Positions 38,242-52,370 of a DNA stretch of 64,000 nt are shown one piece after another (the first letter of the stretch is position 1; every line of letters begins with the position of its first letter). The stretch comes from Geosiphon pyriformis uo1 (Eukaryota > Fungi > Glomeromycota). The position numbers were made by a program, and so were the translations under genes. The stretch spans positions 124,001 to 188,000 of the forward strand of contig JAAOMT010000502.1 in the NCBI GenBank assembly GCA_016748015.1, written 5' to 3'. Under the pieces are notes generated by a model that worked only from the letters and a program-made list of their open reading frames with translations, searched no databases and had not been told where the DNA came from.

Positions 38242-38320
38242 CAAATATAAAACTTCATCCAGGAGCAGTTCTATACAAGTCGTATTTTAACTTTGCAAAT
38301 AATTGAAGAAACAAAAGGTT
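36930..38320 (+). pseudogene. tyrosine-kinase-like (TKL) protein kinase pseudogene
   Basis: WIPWERLSNIKEIGRGGFGIIYQA, VAIK, MVHRDLHSGNIL, IGDLGLCQP, YGVIPYILPEVLRG, DIYSFSMLLWELATGKPPF, HPGAV. Contains stops and frameshifts and lacks the central subdomains. Confidence 0.88.
38171..38243. repeat. (AAC)/(AAT) trinucleotide repeat in the kinase pseudogene tail
   Basis: Directly visible; it produces the spurious poly-Leu ORF on the minus strand. Confidence 0.9.
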
Positions 38321-40338
38321 AGTTATTTACTTTTATATTAATTAATTAATTAATTAATTAAAAATTTACATTAATTTTTCAAATAATTAGTGTATTTGCC
38401 TAAAGGTAAGAAAAAAATTGCAATTAATTAGTACTTATTTTAATTTCTATCATATTTAGACGACTCTTCATAGATCCAATCCTGATCGGGTATCATAATT
38501 TTTAAACTCTATAATGAGATTAATATTATTTCTGTTGTTTCAGAAGTTTATTTTTTTTTCATTTGTTTGCTCGTTGAGTTAATCCCAATGTTGTAAATTA
38601 TTATCTAATCTTAGCTAATCACTAAAAAAGTGATGGATTTTAAATTTTAAAAATTTTAAATTATATTTTTTTCTTTCAAACTTTAAACTTAACAATAATA
38701 CTTATCATGCACCTTTAATAGATACACTTATTAATTTTATAATTAAAGTAAGTTTATTAGATTGTCTTTATATACTTTTATTTTAAAATATAACCTATAA
38801 AAGTGATGAATTATTTGACAAAAATATGCTGTTTTGAATGTTTTAATATATTAAATTTTTTCAGAAATTAACAAGTTTTCAGTTAGAAGATATTTAAGCT
38901 AAATTACAAGTTTGAAAATTTTAGATTATTCGCTATATTTAAAGTGCTTCACTTTGCTAATTCAGATAAAATATATTATTAACTTTTTATTGTGACCAAA
39001 AAAAATTAAATATACCAAGTTTTATTTTGATCTGAAATTTGATTTGAATTTATAGTTCAAGCTTTTGACAAAATGAATCAAATTGAAGTTTAATTATCTT
39101 AAAACTGATAAATTTATATATTAATTAACATTAAGAGAGTAAATAAAATTATGCAGAGAATTGAGTTTACATAGTGTGAACAGTAAAAAATATTTTGAGT
39201 CAACTATCAAAGATTAATAATTTGTTTGGTCAAGATTAAACACATATTTTTAAATTTTATAAAGGCTATAAAAAAAATGATGAATAAATATAAATATAAA
39301 TAAAAATAAAAATAAAAATAAAAAGACGTTTCATTTAAGATAGAGAAATACCGTTCACTGAAAACTTGAATATTTTTTCACTTTAAATTTGTTCTCACTG
39401 ATAAAATTACATAGACTCTTTTTCTCTCCGATTTCTCATAACCACAAATAAAGCAAATAGTAAGAAAGAAAGCAAACACTACTTCTCATATAGTAGCTAA
39501 AAGTATCATAACTCACAAAGTCCTTTCGCTTGTAAAGGCAACTATACAAAACATCGAAAAATGCAAAAATTTTGTCTAAAAATTTAATTCTATTTTCAAT
39601 TGAAAGTAATTGGTATAACACGATGTGATATTATTCTTTCGATAATATTGGTTATTAAATCTAGGGCACAAAAAAATTGACAGAAACTTTAATGTTTTAG
39701 TTAACATCATTTTATTTTAATTTTTCAAGTTTTCGAGCGGTTATTGATAATATTCACTTGGAAATTTTTATTTAGAAAATGAAGTAAATTAAATATAATT
39801 TTTAATTTTAATTAAATAAAATAAATAAATATTATATTTTGAATTAAACTTGTGGAATTAATATACGTGTAAATTTATATTAAATTTTTACTATCATATT
39901 TTTATTCGATTTCTTAATTGGTTACCTCAATTCTACATTTTTCATAGCCTACTATTTGTCTAACGTCTGCAATGCTAAATAACCAAATTAGCAATAAAGT
40001 TTTAATTTCCTGTGAAATTCAAGTCTTTAACCGTTTTGGATAAAATGAAATCAGTTTTTTGTAATGTAATAATTTTTCTATCATAAAAGTTAATATAAGA
40101 AAACCTGATTAAATACCTTATATATGTTCTCTAAAAAATATTTCGAGAGAATATTAAATTGGTAGAAACTCATATTTTCTATGCAACAGTTTGGATTCAA
40201 TGATGAAATCAATTTTTATCCATAAATGAACTGCAAAAATGCTAATGCAAAACCATCAGGAAATGCATAATTTTGATTCCCTAACCCCAGTAAAATAGGA
40301 GCCTTTTGCATTGATAGGTACCAAAAATATTTCGAAAG

Positions 40339-42559
40339 ATGAAGAAACTTTATTCAATTTCTCTTTTGATATTTGTAATTTGGTGTGCTTTTTTCAGTAA
40401 TCTATCCGAAGAACGACTCTTACGACATTCCAATTTAGCCAAGCCATCAGCGAGGAATAACAAGTGTTGCAAAAGAATCCTCCCACTGCAAAGTTTACCA
40501 AGTAGCTTTGGTTTTCAATGTGTTTGTAAAAAAATTATTCACCGAGTTTTCTTTCTAAAAACTTAAGATCTTAAAATTTAATAGAATACAACAAAAAAAA
40601 CATTATCCTATCAAGTAATTTGTGTGATCCAAACATTAAGCAGGTAAAAAAAAAAATATTATTTGATTACCCTTCACGAATTCTCATCATCATCATTAAG
40701 ACTTTTAATTGAATGAATTCTTGTTTCGCTCTTTGGTTGATTAGTATTCAGGGTACATTGACATATCTCCAGAATTGCACATGTTTTTTTGGTTCTTTGA
40801 ATCAAGAACAAATTCGAAAAACTCACCATTAACAGTATGGATTAATGGGGGTCCTGGATGCTCGTCAATGATTGGATTATTTCAAGAAATTGGTCCATGT
40901 CGCCCAATTCGAAATGGATCAACAGTTGAAATGAATCCTTATAGTTGGAATCATGTTTCGAATTTGCTATTTGTTGATCAAGTAAAGTACTCTATTAAAA
41001 TTTTACATTTAGCTTGAATCTAACTATTTGTTTATATAGCCAATAGGAACAGGATTTTCTTATGGCAACACAACAGTAAATTCACCTCAGTTGGCTGCTG
41101 CAGAACTATACATCTTTTTTCAAAAGTTTTTTGATCAATTTCCTGAATACGTCAAATTGGATTTTCATTTTTTTGGGGAGTCATTTGCTGGCCAATTTAG
41201 TATGCGTTGACCATTTTCCCTTATTTTATAATGTTCTTTGAGTAAAAAAATAATCATCTCTAATTTTTTAACAAAAGTTCCCCCAACAGCAAAGATTATA
41301 TGCAAGCGAAACAAAGAGATTGAAGATGGTCGGTCAAATGGAAACTTCATTAATTTGAAGTCCATTGGAATAGGCAATGGTTGGATTGATCCCGGAACTC
41401 AATAGTAAATTCAAAATTTTTGATTCTTTAAACGTTTAATTTGAGTTTGGAATTTTATTTCAATATTAAACAAATACACAACATCTATTACTGGGATAAC
41501 TAACCTTTATTTTTACAAAATTAGTCCCGCTTACGCAGATTATGCATGCAAATATAAAAGTGAGCTTGAAATTGAGTGGGAATTTCTTTTCGAAGATCAA
41601 AACTTTCTAAAAAAAATCGGTGTTCAATTTTAATATATCCAGTTGTCGATCCAAGGTTTTGCAAAGCTATGTTGAAAGCGAGTCCCATATGCTTTCGTCT
41701 TCGTGAGTTTCGGTTTTTGAAAAAAAAAGTGAAAATAAAATTTTTTTAATCTCTTGACGAATTCGAGATGTTCTCAATTTCAAATAGAAAAAAAATTTCA
41801 AAAAACATTAGACCCGATCGATGGTAAAACCGCTGAGGAATTTTGTTTGAATGAGATTTACACTATATTCGAAAAGACGACTTCTTTAAACACTTACGAT
41901 GTTCGCACTCCATATACAACCATAAATACTTATCCACCACCTGATTATCAAAATTATTTAAATCAGACGGAAGTTTTAAGAAAGATTGGTGCTAGAACCG
42001 TATACAAGGAATGTTCTGATGAAGTTTTTGAACGGTTTGGAGCTAATAATCAAAAGTAGGCATTGTGATTAATTGAAAACTCAAGGAGGAAAGGGATACG
42101 ATTTAAACATTCTTTTTTTATTTGATAAACGACCTTTATAGTTTTGGAACTGACCTCAGCTTTTTATTGAATAATAAAGTACGTGTGCTCACCTACTTTG
42201 GTGATCAAGACTTTATTTGTAATTGGTTAGAGTTACCTTATTTTTCCCTTTCGTTTTCATCAATCATCAAAATTTGAACTCAATTCAAATATCAAATGTT
42301 AAATTCTTTTCTTAATATTCTCAGGATAGGTGGTCTAAGAGTCCTTAATAACTTGAAATGGAAGAATTCATCAAATTTCAAAAATTCCCCATTCAAGAAA
42401 TGGTACCTTGATGTCGATGTCCCAGCTGGAGCATATAAGGCGGTTGGTACTAATTTATGGTTTGTAAAAGTTTATGAGGCAGGTCATGAAGTCCCATTTT
42501 ATCAACCTCGAATATCTTTGTCTATGTTTCAAAGATGGATTACCAGGAGAAAGCTTTGA
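40339..42559 (+). CDS. secreted serine carboxypeptidase (peptidase S10), multi-exon
   Basis: Signal peptide; [59 protein letters not shown] (Ser), [19 protein letters not shown] (Asp), [13 protein letters not shown] (His). Confidence 0.92.
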
Positions 42560-42964
42560 TAAGTATTTGGATGATATATACTTAAATAATTGAAGAGGAT
42601 TAAATTTGTAAACTCGAGTTTTCTTTTGTAGATTTATCAATTCATTGTTAAAAAATATTCAGATGTAACGAAAAACATAAGCTCTACGGAGAAAATAGGT
42701 AAATCGATTGCAAATAGTATCTGAACATCTTCTATTCGGAATCTAGGGTTTATTTCATAATACTGTACATGTTGGCTGAAGATTAGGGATGTTAATGACT
42801 TGGGAAACCGGAGCAAACTGTAGTTTAAGTCGGGACCAAACCATTTTGACTTTATTATTATTGAACCGTGATATTCTGCCACAAAGATATGTTTATTTAG
42901 GTTATATATTTAAAATCAAATTGCAAAAAACGCGTTTCGTTCTATAATTACAACTTGAAACATA

Positions 42965-43480
42965 CAGTGTGTGACACATGGAATCATATTTTTAGCAATC
43001 CTTTTTGCCTCGCAGCAATATTGAATTTGTTAAATATAGTTTTTGCCAAAGAATTCTATTCTTCAAACATATAACATTCCAAATTATTCATATTTTGCGG
43101 CATTCATTTTCTACTTCACGTTTAACGATTCCACAGATTTTCAATAGGATTTAGATTCGGACTACACGACAGCTAGTCAATAGCTTTGGGCACACTTTCT
43201 GCAAAAAACACTTTTAGCTACTCAACTTATATGTTTGGGATTGTCATATTGTTAAAAACCCCACTTATTTTCAAGTATCTTATTAACTTTCAACAGTAGC
43301 TATAAAGTTGTGTTTTTGAAAAATTTGAAAACAGTCTTTTTGGAATTCATATATTTCTTATTATCAAGTTTAAAAGACTTTATAACATGTTCTAATGAAA
43401 CAATATTTTTAACTATAGTTCTTTCAAGTTTACTATAATAAGTTTTTAATGAATTTGTTAAAGTAACATGCAATAAAAAA
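42965..43480 (-). mobile_element. Tc1/mariner (DD34E-type) transposon 3' remnant
   Basis: Minus strand: F*QYDNPKH (cf. FQQDNDPKH) and *LSCSPNLNPIENLW (cf. WPSxSPDLNPIENLW). Terminus TA|CAGTGTGTGAC at 42963. Confidence 0.75.
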
Positions 43481-43499
43481 GGTGAATGCTGACAAGTCT

Positions 43500-43693
43500 A
43501 ATAAGCTCTTTTTTTTGTATTTTTAATATAATTGCAGAAACAAAACAAATAGTATTAAATTACAATTTATATATGCAATCTAATTAAATTTTTAAATTAT
43601 TTTAGGCAATTTTTAATTTGAAAGTTGTAATCTAATTTGACTAAAATTATAAAATTGTCAATTTAAACTGTTAATATTTTATATTAAAAATAA

Positions 43694-43727
<34 letters not shown>

Positions 43728-46700
43728 TAATTTTAGTGGTTGGACTACACCTTCAGCAAATAATATATATATATATATATATATTAATTAAAAAAATTAT
43801 TTATTTAATATTTTAAATATTTGCTTTAACAATTAACAAATTTTAAATATTAAAAAAATTACTTATTACACACATACTATATATGTATTATAAATTCAGA
43901 AATAAAAATTTTGTCAAATTAAAAAAGTAATTTAACATTTAAAAAATATATAAAAAAAGAATAAATTATTTTTTTTATATATTATATTGAAATAATAATT
44001 AATTTTTATTTTTTATATATTAATAATCAAAAATTTAATACTTAAATACAAAATTCCAAAAAAATATTTATGCAATTTTTTATTTCGTAATTTATTATAT
44101 ATTAATTTTAATTTTAATTTTTAATGAATTTTTTTTTGTAAATGTATGCACAAGTTTTATAAAATATATTAAAAAATTAAAAAACCATAATTTTTGTAAT
44201 ATTTTATTATAATTATTTTTATAACTATAATTGCATCAAAAAAAATTATTTTTTATAATAATTAATAAAATAACAATTTAAAAAGTTTTTTTTAAAATAT
44301 ATAAATAAATTAAACAAATATTATAAAACATTGTAAAAATATTTTTATTAATTATTATAAATATAAAACAATCTTTAATTGTTTTAAAAGTAATTTTTTT
44401 CTTTTAACTAGTAATTTTTTAATTAAAGTTTTACTCGATAATATACTAAAAATAATTTCTTAAAATTTTAATAATAAATTAAATAACTAAGTCATTATTT
44501 CTTTTTATTATTTTTATCATTAACTTTAAAATACCTAAACCAAAAACTAAATTAGTTAAAAAACAGTACCAATTATTATTAATATTAACAACAATTTTTT
44601 TTAAACTTCAAATATTACTTTTTTAAATTATAAAAAATTTAGTTTGCTCATTTAATATTTAATTTTTATCAACTTTATAATATTAATAAAAATTATATTA
44701 ATGTGTTTTAATTTAATTATAAATTATTTAATAAATATAATCTAATTTTTATTTAATATAATACAATATTATAGTATTCTAAATTAAATGTAATTTATGT
44801 TCTTTTTATATGTTATTAAATTATATATTTTCAATTTAAATAAAAACAACAATAATATGTTTATTAAAATATATTAAAATTAATAGTTAATTATACTGCC
44901 AAATTTTATTAAATTTAGCTAATTATTATTAATTATAAAAACAAAACAAGTTTTATTTTAATATATATTTATGTTTAATTATATTATAATCTTATTAAAT
45001 TTAAAAATTTAGCTTAATAACTTAAAAATTAAAACAATTTTTTTAAAAAATATTATTAATTTTAATAATACTTATAAAATAATTATTGATTATTAAAAAT
45101 ATTGTTATAATATAATATAATAAAACTAAAAATTAATATAAAAATTTTGTAATTTTTAATAAACTATTTTAAAATTAAAAAACAAAAACAACCAATTAAT
45201 ATAAAAATAATATTAACAAATTAATAAATTATTACAAAAAAAAACTTTTTTTTTACATTTTATAAAGCAAAAAATATTTTATAAAAATACTTTTTTAAAA
45301 AAAATAGTAATAAATCAGTTTTTTATTAATTTTAGAATACTATTTTTATTTTTAATTAGAGTTTTTTTTTAGTTTTTTTATAAAATAATTTTAATATAAA
45401 ATTTTAAAATATTTAATAAATAATTAAGTTGTTTTTTTTATTGCTTTTAAATAATTAAAAAAATCAAGTTAACTAAAAAACAACTTTTTAAATCTTTGCT
45501 ATATTTAATAACAATTTTTTAAAATACTAAAAAAAAATTTTAGTGTTTTTAGTATTAATTTAATATCAATACTTTAAAACCAGTTTTTTTATAAAAATAA
45601 AACTTTAATTTTTTTTGGCTTTTTTATCAGTTTTATAGTATTAATATTAATTATAAGACTTAATTTTATTATAACTATTTTTTATTATTATTAATTTAGT
45701 ATATATAAACAGATTAAAAATTTACAGTTAAATACAATTCATATTTTTGTTATATATAACTAATCATTCAAGTTGGCCAAAACTATACTATATATTTATT
45801 ACTATATTAATATAATTATTCAAATTAAAAAACATATACTAATTATATAATCTAAAATTAATAGCAAATACTTTATTAATATTTAACAAATAAATATTAT
45901 TATTTAACAAATTCATAACTAAATTATATAAACTATAAAAAACAAAAAACAAATTATTTATTAGATTATTCTTTTTTATTATTGTTTTATACTTAAACTT
46001 ATATAACCAAATTCTTATTCTATAATTTTTTACTAAGTAATATACTAATATAATTATAAACAATTAAACTAGTTTAATTTTTTAAAAACTATCAAAATAT
46101 TAATATACTAATTATTAAAGTCTATATTTTTGTATAAAACTATATAAATTAAATTATCTAAAAATTATATTACAAAAAATCAAAAAATCAAAATACTTAA
46201 TTAAAAATTTAGAACTTTAAAAGATTTTTTACTAATTTTAAAATATTGTTTATTATGTAAATATTTTTAATTAGTAATAAAAAGTTATTTGTAAATAGCT
46301 TTTATAAGATATATATGTAAATTAGTTATGGTTTTATTAATAAAATCAAAATCTATACACAAATTTAAGTATTATACAACATATATATAATGTTAATTAA
46401 TATTTAATATTATATTATAAAAAATTATTTTAATATTAAAACTAGTTTTTTATTTAGTATATTATAATTATAAATAATAACATTAAAAACAATTTAGTTT
46501 ATATTAATTTAAATAAATTTTTGATTTTATTTTTTAATATATTAAATTTTAATTAATTTTAAAAGCTAAATAAATTATGTTTTAAATAAATAATTTATTA
46601 AATTAATTAATTAAATAATTAAAAACATTATAAAATTAAAATAACTTATGTTAAAATTATATTTTAATTTTTACATAATTTTTTTAATTATAAAATTTAT

Positions 46701-48350
46701 ATTTTAAACTTTTTTAAATATTATTATATAAATTAAGCTTATTAAATTACTTTTTTTATTTGTTTTTAAAATATTAAGTTTTTAATAATTTTTAAGTTTA
46801 CACTTTTTTTTTACTATTTTTTTGTAAAATATTTAAAAAAATATCTTAATTAATATATTAAAAATGTTTTTAGTGTTTTTAATAAAGTTTTTAATATTAA
46901 GTTAAAGTTTATTAATATTGTTTATTTTAAATCTTATATTGTTATTAAAATTGCATAAAAAAAAACAAAATTAAATTTTTTTTGTTTAATTAAAAAATTG
47001 TTATTATTTTAAAAAATACTTTTAAAATCAAATTAAATAATTTTTTTTGATTATATAATTTTAAAAATTAATTTATTGATTTTTTAAATTAATAATTAAA
47101 TTTGTTTTATTTTTTGTATTATTAAATCTAATTAGTTTTAAAATATATAATTATTATATTTTAATTAAAATTAATTTAAATCCTATTATTATTAGAACTA
47201 ATATATTAAAAAATTATATTTAATATAAAACTTTTAAATATTTATGTTGCTTTAGATGTCAAAATTTAAATTATTTAGTTTTTATTATAAGATATTTTTA
47301 TTTTTATTTTTAAAATTTTTATTTAAGTTTGTAATTAGTTTTAAAATATTTAAATTTTACTTTGTTAATACAAAATTTTATGTTAAAATTACCTTTTTTT
47401 ATTGTTTTTGTAATTGTTAATTTTGTAATTAGTTTTTAAATTGTTTTTTTTTAAATTTAAATTAAGTAAATTGGTTTTGTTATTTATATTTATTATTAAA
47501 CTTATTAATATCTTAATTTTTTTTAAATATAAAATTAGTTAAAGCTATTTTTTTGAATATAAATATTAAAAATAATTCTTTTAATTTAATATTTTGGAAA
47601 AAATTATTGGTAATTTAAGTAAAAATATTATTATAAAATATAATATAAATGAGTTTTTTAATTTTTTTATTAATAAAAAATTTTTATTAAAATAAAAGTA
47701 TTTTAAAAATTATAAACTTTTAATATTAAATTTAAAACTATTATATAATTAATTAATTTGGTTTTTAATAATAATAGTTTAGTTGTAATTATATAAAAAA
47801 TAATGTTTTTAAATAAGTTTTTTTTGTAAATTTAATTTAATAAAACTTTACATATTAAATTAAATAAAAAATTATAGTGAATAAAAATAATTAATATATT
47901 AACATAAATTAAATAATTTTTATAAAAATGTTAAAACAATTTAAATATTAATAATCAAAAAAAGAAAAACTTTTAATTAAAGACAAAAATAATGTTTTTT
48001 AGTAGTTAAAAATTGTTTTGCATTCATATACTTTTATAAAATGTTATTTAGTTGTTTTTATAGTTAAAAAAAACTTTTTAGTAGTTAAATTATTAAAAAA
48101 AATAAGAAAAATAATAGCTGTTTTTTTGTTTTAGTTATAATTATAAAAGTACAAAAAAAATTAACATAAATTAATTAATTAACTGTAATAATTTTTATTT
48201 GTTTGTATTAATATTAATATCTTTGATTTAAAAACAATAAATTAAATTTTACTTTTTTAAATGTCTTTAATTGAATTTGTAATGTTTTATTGTTTAAATA
48301 AATTACTATTACAAATTAATGATAATAAATTTTAACATTTCTAAAGTTTG
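43500..48350. other. extremely AT-rich block, probably heavily mutated transposon remnants
   Basis: Near absence of CpG and very low G+C by eye; no credible ORFs; sharp boundary with the NDT80 upstream region. Confidence 0.55.
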
Positions 48351-48954
48351 TGCCATGTAAATCTGATTGCCAGAAAAAATGATATGTTTGTTTGTTTCTA
48401 AATAAAAAAGCAAACAGGCAATTGATGGCACAGTATTTACAGGCCTTGCTGTTTATTTTATGTGGTCATATCAACAGGCCAGGCTGTTGGTGTAATTAAT
48501 CTGGTGCAATGTGCATGATCATGGAAGGCGGGAAACTTAATCAATTATTTAATGGTATCAGACCAATCAACGAACAATCGAGATAATTCCACATTATTGT
48601 TGTGTTCCCATGCACACGTGATATACAATAATATAGATGATCAAGGAACATCATGGACGAAAATAGGAAGTCAGGCTTAATTTTATTATGGGCGGGGGAT
48701 ACTTAAAAAACGATAAGATCTTTGCATTGTTTGGGGGCACTCACCAATAAATTATAAGCGATTTCTCTAAAGAAGTGAGCAAAAAAAAAAAGAGGAAAAA
48801 AGTATAAGAAGTAAGCTTTTGTTGTGTTCAAGTGTAACATTTATTGTGGCACTTGTGTTTCTGTAACGATACAAAAAGTGACAAAAAAATTGGAAAAACT
48901 TTTTCATTTTGTGCAAGTTTCTTTTTTCCCTCGCAGACACGCACACACATACGC

Positions 48955-48956
<2 letters not shown>

Positions 48957-48991
<35 letters not shown>
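48957..48991. repeat. (CA)n microsatellite
   Basis: Directly visible. Confidence 0.9.
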
Positions 48992-48993
<2 letters not shown>

Positions 48994-49634
48994 GCACGGC
49001 ACACAACTTTTTTCAGTGAAGCACGCTTATCCTGATTCCAGGCTGCCCAAGCTGACCTACGATAAAATCGACATACCTATTCCTGATAAGACTCTAGGCT
49101 AGTTAATGTATGTATGACCAACGCGAGGACACACACAACACCGTCGTTCTATTTGGTTTTTTTTCGTCTCGCTACTCTTTTTTAATATATTTTTTAAGTC
49201 GCGAACTTTTTGTAAAGACACTCTTCGCTCATTCGGGATCTGAAATTTAAATTATTCTTTCAAAGGATTTTTTCTTTAAAGTAATTGAAACAACTTTAGG
49301 TGTTAAAAAATTTTTGATCATTTTCATCAAACGAAAACTTCCATCATATATTCACCTTAATTGAATCATATTAAAATTGCCCGTGTGTGCGTCTGTTATT
49401 TTCATCAAAACAATTAAAATTTCCTCGAAAATTATCGCCTTGAAGTATAACTAATCGACGGTTATCTTTCCATTTTCAAAAACAAAAAAATCATTGAATC
49501 GCCGCCAAATAATTATATTACGCAGCGCAGAAGCTTTCTCGATATTATCCAAGTGTTTTCTACCACGCTCACGTTTTCTAACTGTCCCCAACCTTGAGAG
49601 AAACTTAAAAATTTGTTGTTAAAAATTATAAGGA

Positions 49635-52370
49635 ATGAGTATGGCGGAAGAAAAATGGTCTACAATGCAACAGCAACAACCAGCACCTCAGGTACCTCCT
49701 TCTCCTCACCATTCTCATTCCTCCATAACTCCTCAAATGAATGGAGTGACTACTGAGAACTTCCTTCCTGGGTATACTTATGAGGGTCAATCACAAATGT
49801 AAGTAAATTGTGAAAGGGAAGAGAGAGAGAGGGAGAAATAAGAGGGGAAGAAATATTTGTTTACCACTGTTCAACCAAAAAGTTTTGTTTTGTGTTTATC
49901 CATATTCTTTGGACCCTGAACCTGTATGTTTGTATATCGCACAAACTGGTTTTAATTTGATGACTCGGTGTCACCTTACACACGACTTCTCGACTCTTTG
50001 CTCTTCCTTGACCTTTCCAAACTCGCACATAACCGCGCATTTAATTATACTTACACAAGACCATAATTTCCGGTGCAACTTGAAATAGGTCTGTGCATGA
50101 AGGTGAAAATCAAATGTATCCGGCTGCCAAACCAGACTTGGATGCAACGCCAAGACAATCTCCATATCCAGGGTAAGAGAAAGTTACACAAAGATCTTAA
50201 GCAAGACATTTTATCAACTATCATCATCAAATCCAAAATGTTTTAATAAAATCCATTGAACAAATCCTTAAATCAAAACAGATACGTTCCTCTACCAAGC
50301 CCAAATACTCCTACTACTCCTCATCAAAATGAATCTCCTATTACGCCCCAAACACCTCAATCTGCACCTGAACAACATAAAGTTGGTGAAAGACAATCTT
50401 TTTCCACTGGATCATTCCCTGCCACTCCAATTGGAGCTATTAGGAAACGAAGAGCAGATTCTTTGGGTTTCAATAATGATACTGGCCCATTTTTCTCGGC
50501 AACTAAACAACATTATAACCTAACGAGCATGGACCGAACCAATAGGTTTTTATGACTTTCATTGAATATTCATGGATGATGTACATTTGTTGTTTCATCC
50601 AAAAAATGTTCAACACCAATAAATTGTAAAAGTAAATCTATTTTTGGCTAGATTCAGATTAATTGTCATTAGTCGCAAAACCTTCATGAGGATTCTCTTC
50701 AATCCAGTTCTTGTCGCTATTCATTTATTAATTTAAATATTCATTCAATTAATCCTTAAAATCAGCTTCAAGCTTCGGATTCACTCTAAAGTTGATCGGG
50801 GTTTTTTCTTGGCGGATCAAGATTGGACTTGTTACAGGAGAAATTACTTCCAAATTAGTAGTGCATTTTCAATCACCGCCCCTCATCCCGTAAACGAGAT
50901 GGAGACACCATGTCTGCTCGAGGTCGATGGACAAATTTATAATGTTACCCAATTCCTGCTTGGTATCACAGCCAGAGTTTCAAACAGCGATAAGAAAATC
51001 GAGCTAGTGCAACACACACCAAAACGCGACAAAGGTCCGCAAATGGTCCCAATGCCTAAGACTATTCGCGCCGGTGGTAATCTTAACCTGAGTTCAGTCG
51101 GCACAAATGCAAATATTGTCACTTTTGAACGAATCCAATTCAAAACAGCCACTGCTAATAATGGAAAACGTCGTGCTGCTCAGCAATACTATGTAATTTT
51201 GGTAGATTTGTATGCACATGTCGAGAGTGGTGAACTTCATCGAGTTGCTACTTCAACATCCGCTCCTTTAGTCGTTCGTGGCCGTAGTCCCGGTCATTAT
51301 GCTGACAGTCATGATCGTTATAACCCAATGGCCCCTAATTCCGCGTTTGCTAATGAACGTAATATGGCTTACTCAAATCCTCATGCTCCAAATGGATCTC
51401 CTGGGGTCATGCAAGGCGAATTCAATAATAGCCCATTCTCACCATATACTCAATACCCTCCTGGTTACCCCGGTTATGCCTCGTCCCCAACACCAATACG
51501 TGGTGACATGACATCCCTTATGATGTCGAATAGTGCCCCTAACTCCCCTACTCAGCCTTTCCACTCTCAACATTCATCACATCAACCATACATGGTCCCA
51601 AGCATTTCAGATGTTGCTGCGGCTGCTGATGCTACGAATCCAGAGTTGTACAACAATGGAAATGTAGATCCAAATACTATCAGCTCACATGATCAAAAAA
51701 TCCAGTCTCACCATCATTCTCAAGTCGGTATGGAAATCCACGCAATTGAAGGTAAGCCCCCTATACCCAATTTTAATGATTATGAATAAAATATTTATTC
51801 TTCATCCTTGTAGCTCAAACGCCCAATCATCATTCAGCGTTTACTTCATTTGATTCACGAATGAATGGGACTTCACACGGTAATTCAACAAAACCATTCA
51901 TGAAAATTGAGATCCCACCATCCAATCAATTACCAGAACATCCATTGACATCACCTGCATTCCACTCACAAGAATATGTTGATGGTTTCCAAATTTATCA
52001 CAATGGACATCCAGGGAGTAATGCTTCAGCTCATCATGGTGGCTATCATTCCGAAGGTGAAAATCATCATGCTAATGGATATCCACCGACGCCTAATGCA
52101 CGCGTGCCTTCATCTCCTCATCAACCATCCTCACCGCAACTACCAAGTTCTGAACCTGATGCTAATTCACATAACACTACTACCTCAGTCACACAAAGGA
52201 ATGGCCGCAGCAAAGCTCAAGCTAACGGTTCTAAGGCTCGCTCCTTAAAACCACCCGCTAGAGGCAAAAACAAAGTAAATACTGCCCCGTTGAACACAGA
52301 ACTACATAATCACAATAATCTTGGGCAGATTACTTACCGAATGGGACAGTCCGAAGAAGTTGAAAAGTAG
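49635..52370 (+). CDS. NDT80: NDT80/PhoG-family (p53-like) transcription factor, 5 exons
   Basis: KVDRGFFLADQDWTCYRRNYFQ, ELVQHTPKRDKGPQ, VTFERIQFKTATANNGKRRAAQQYY, SAPLVVRGRSPGHY. Exons ~49635-49798, 50089-50172, 50282-50545, 50766-51751, 51813-52370 splice in frame. Confidence 0.92.

Noticed and set aside
37903-38244. Poly-Leu ORF on the minus strand
   Set aside because: Artefact of the AAC/AAT microsatellite antisense to the kinase pseudogene.
42637-42882. 81-aa minus-strand ORF downstream of the carboxypeptidase
   Set aside because: GTG start, no motif; probably chance or an unassignable relic.
48767-49102. ORFs with VC/HT dipeptide repeats
   Set aside because: Translations of the (CA)n microsatellite.
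48340-49950. Ndt80 autoregulatory MSE sites
   Set aside because: Only partial CACAAA matches, expected by chance in AT-rich DNA.
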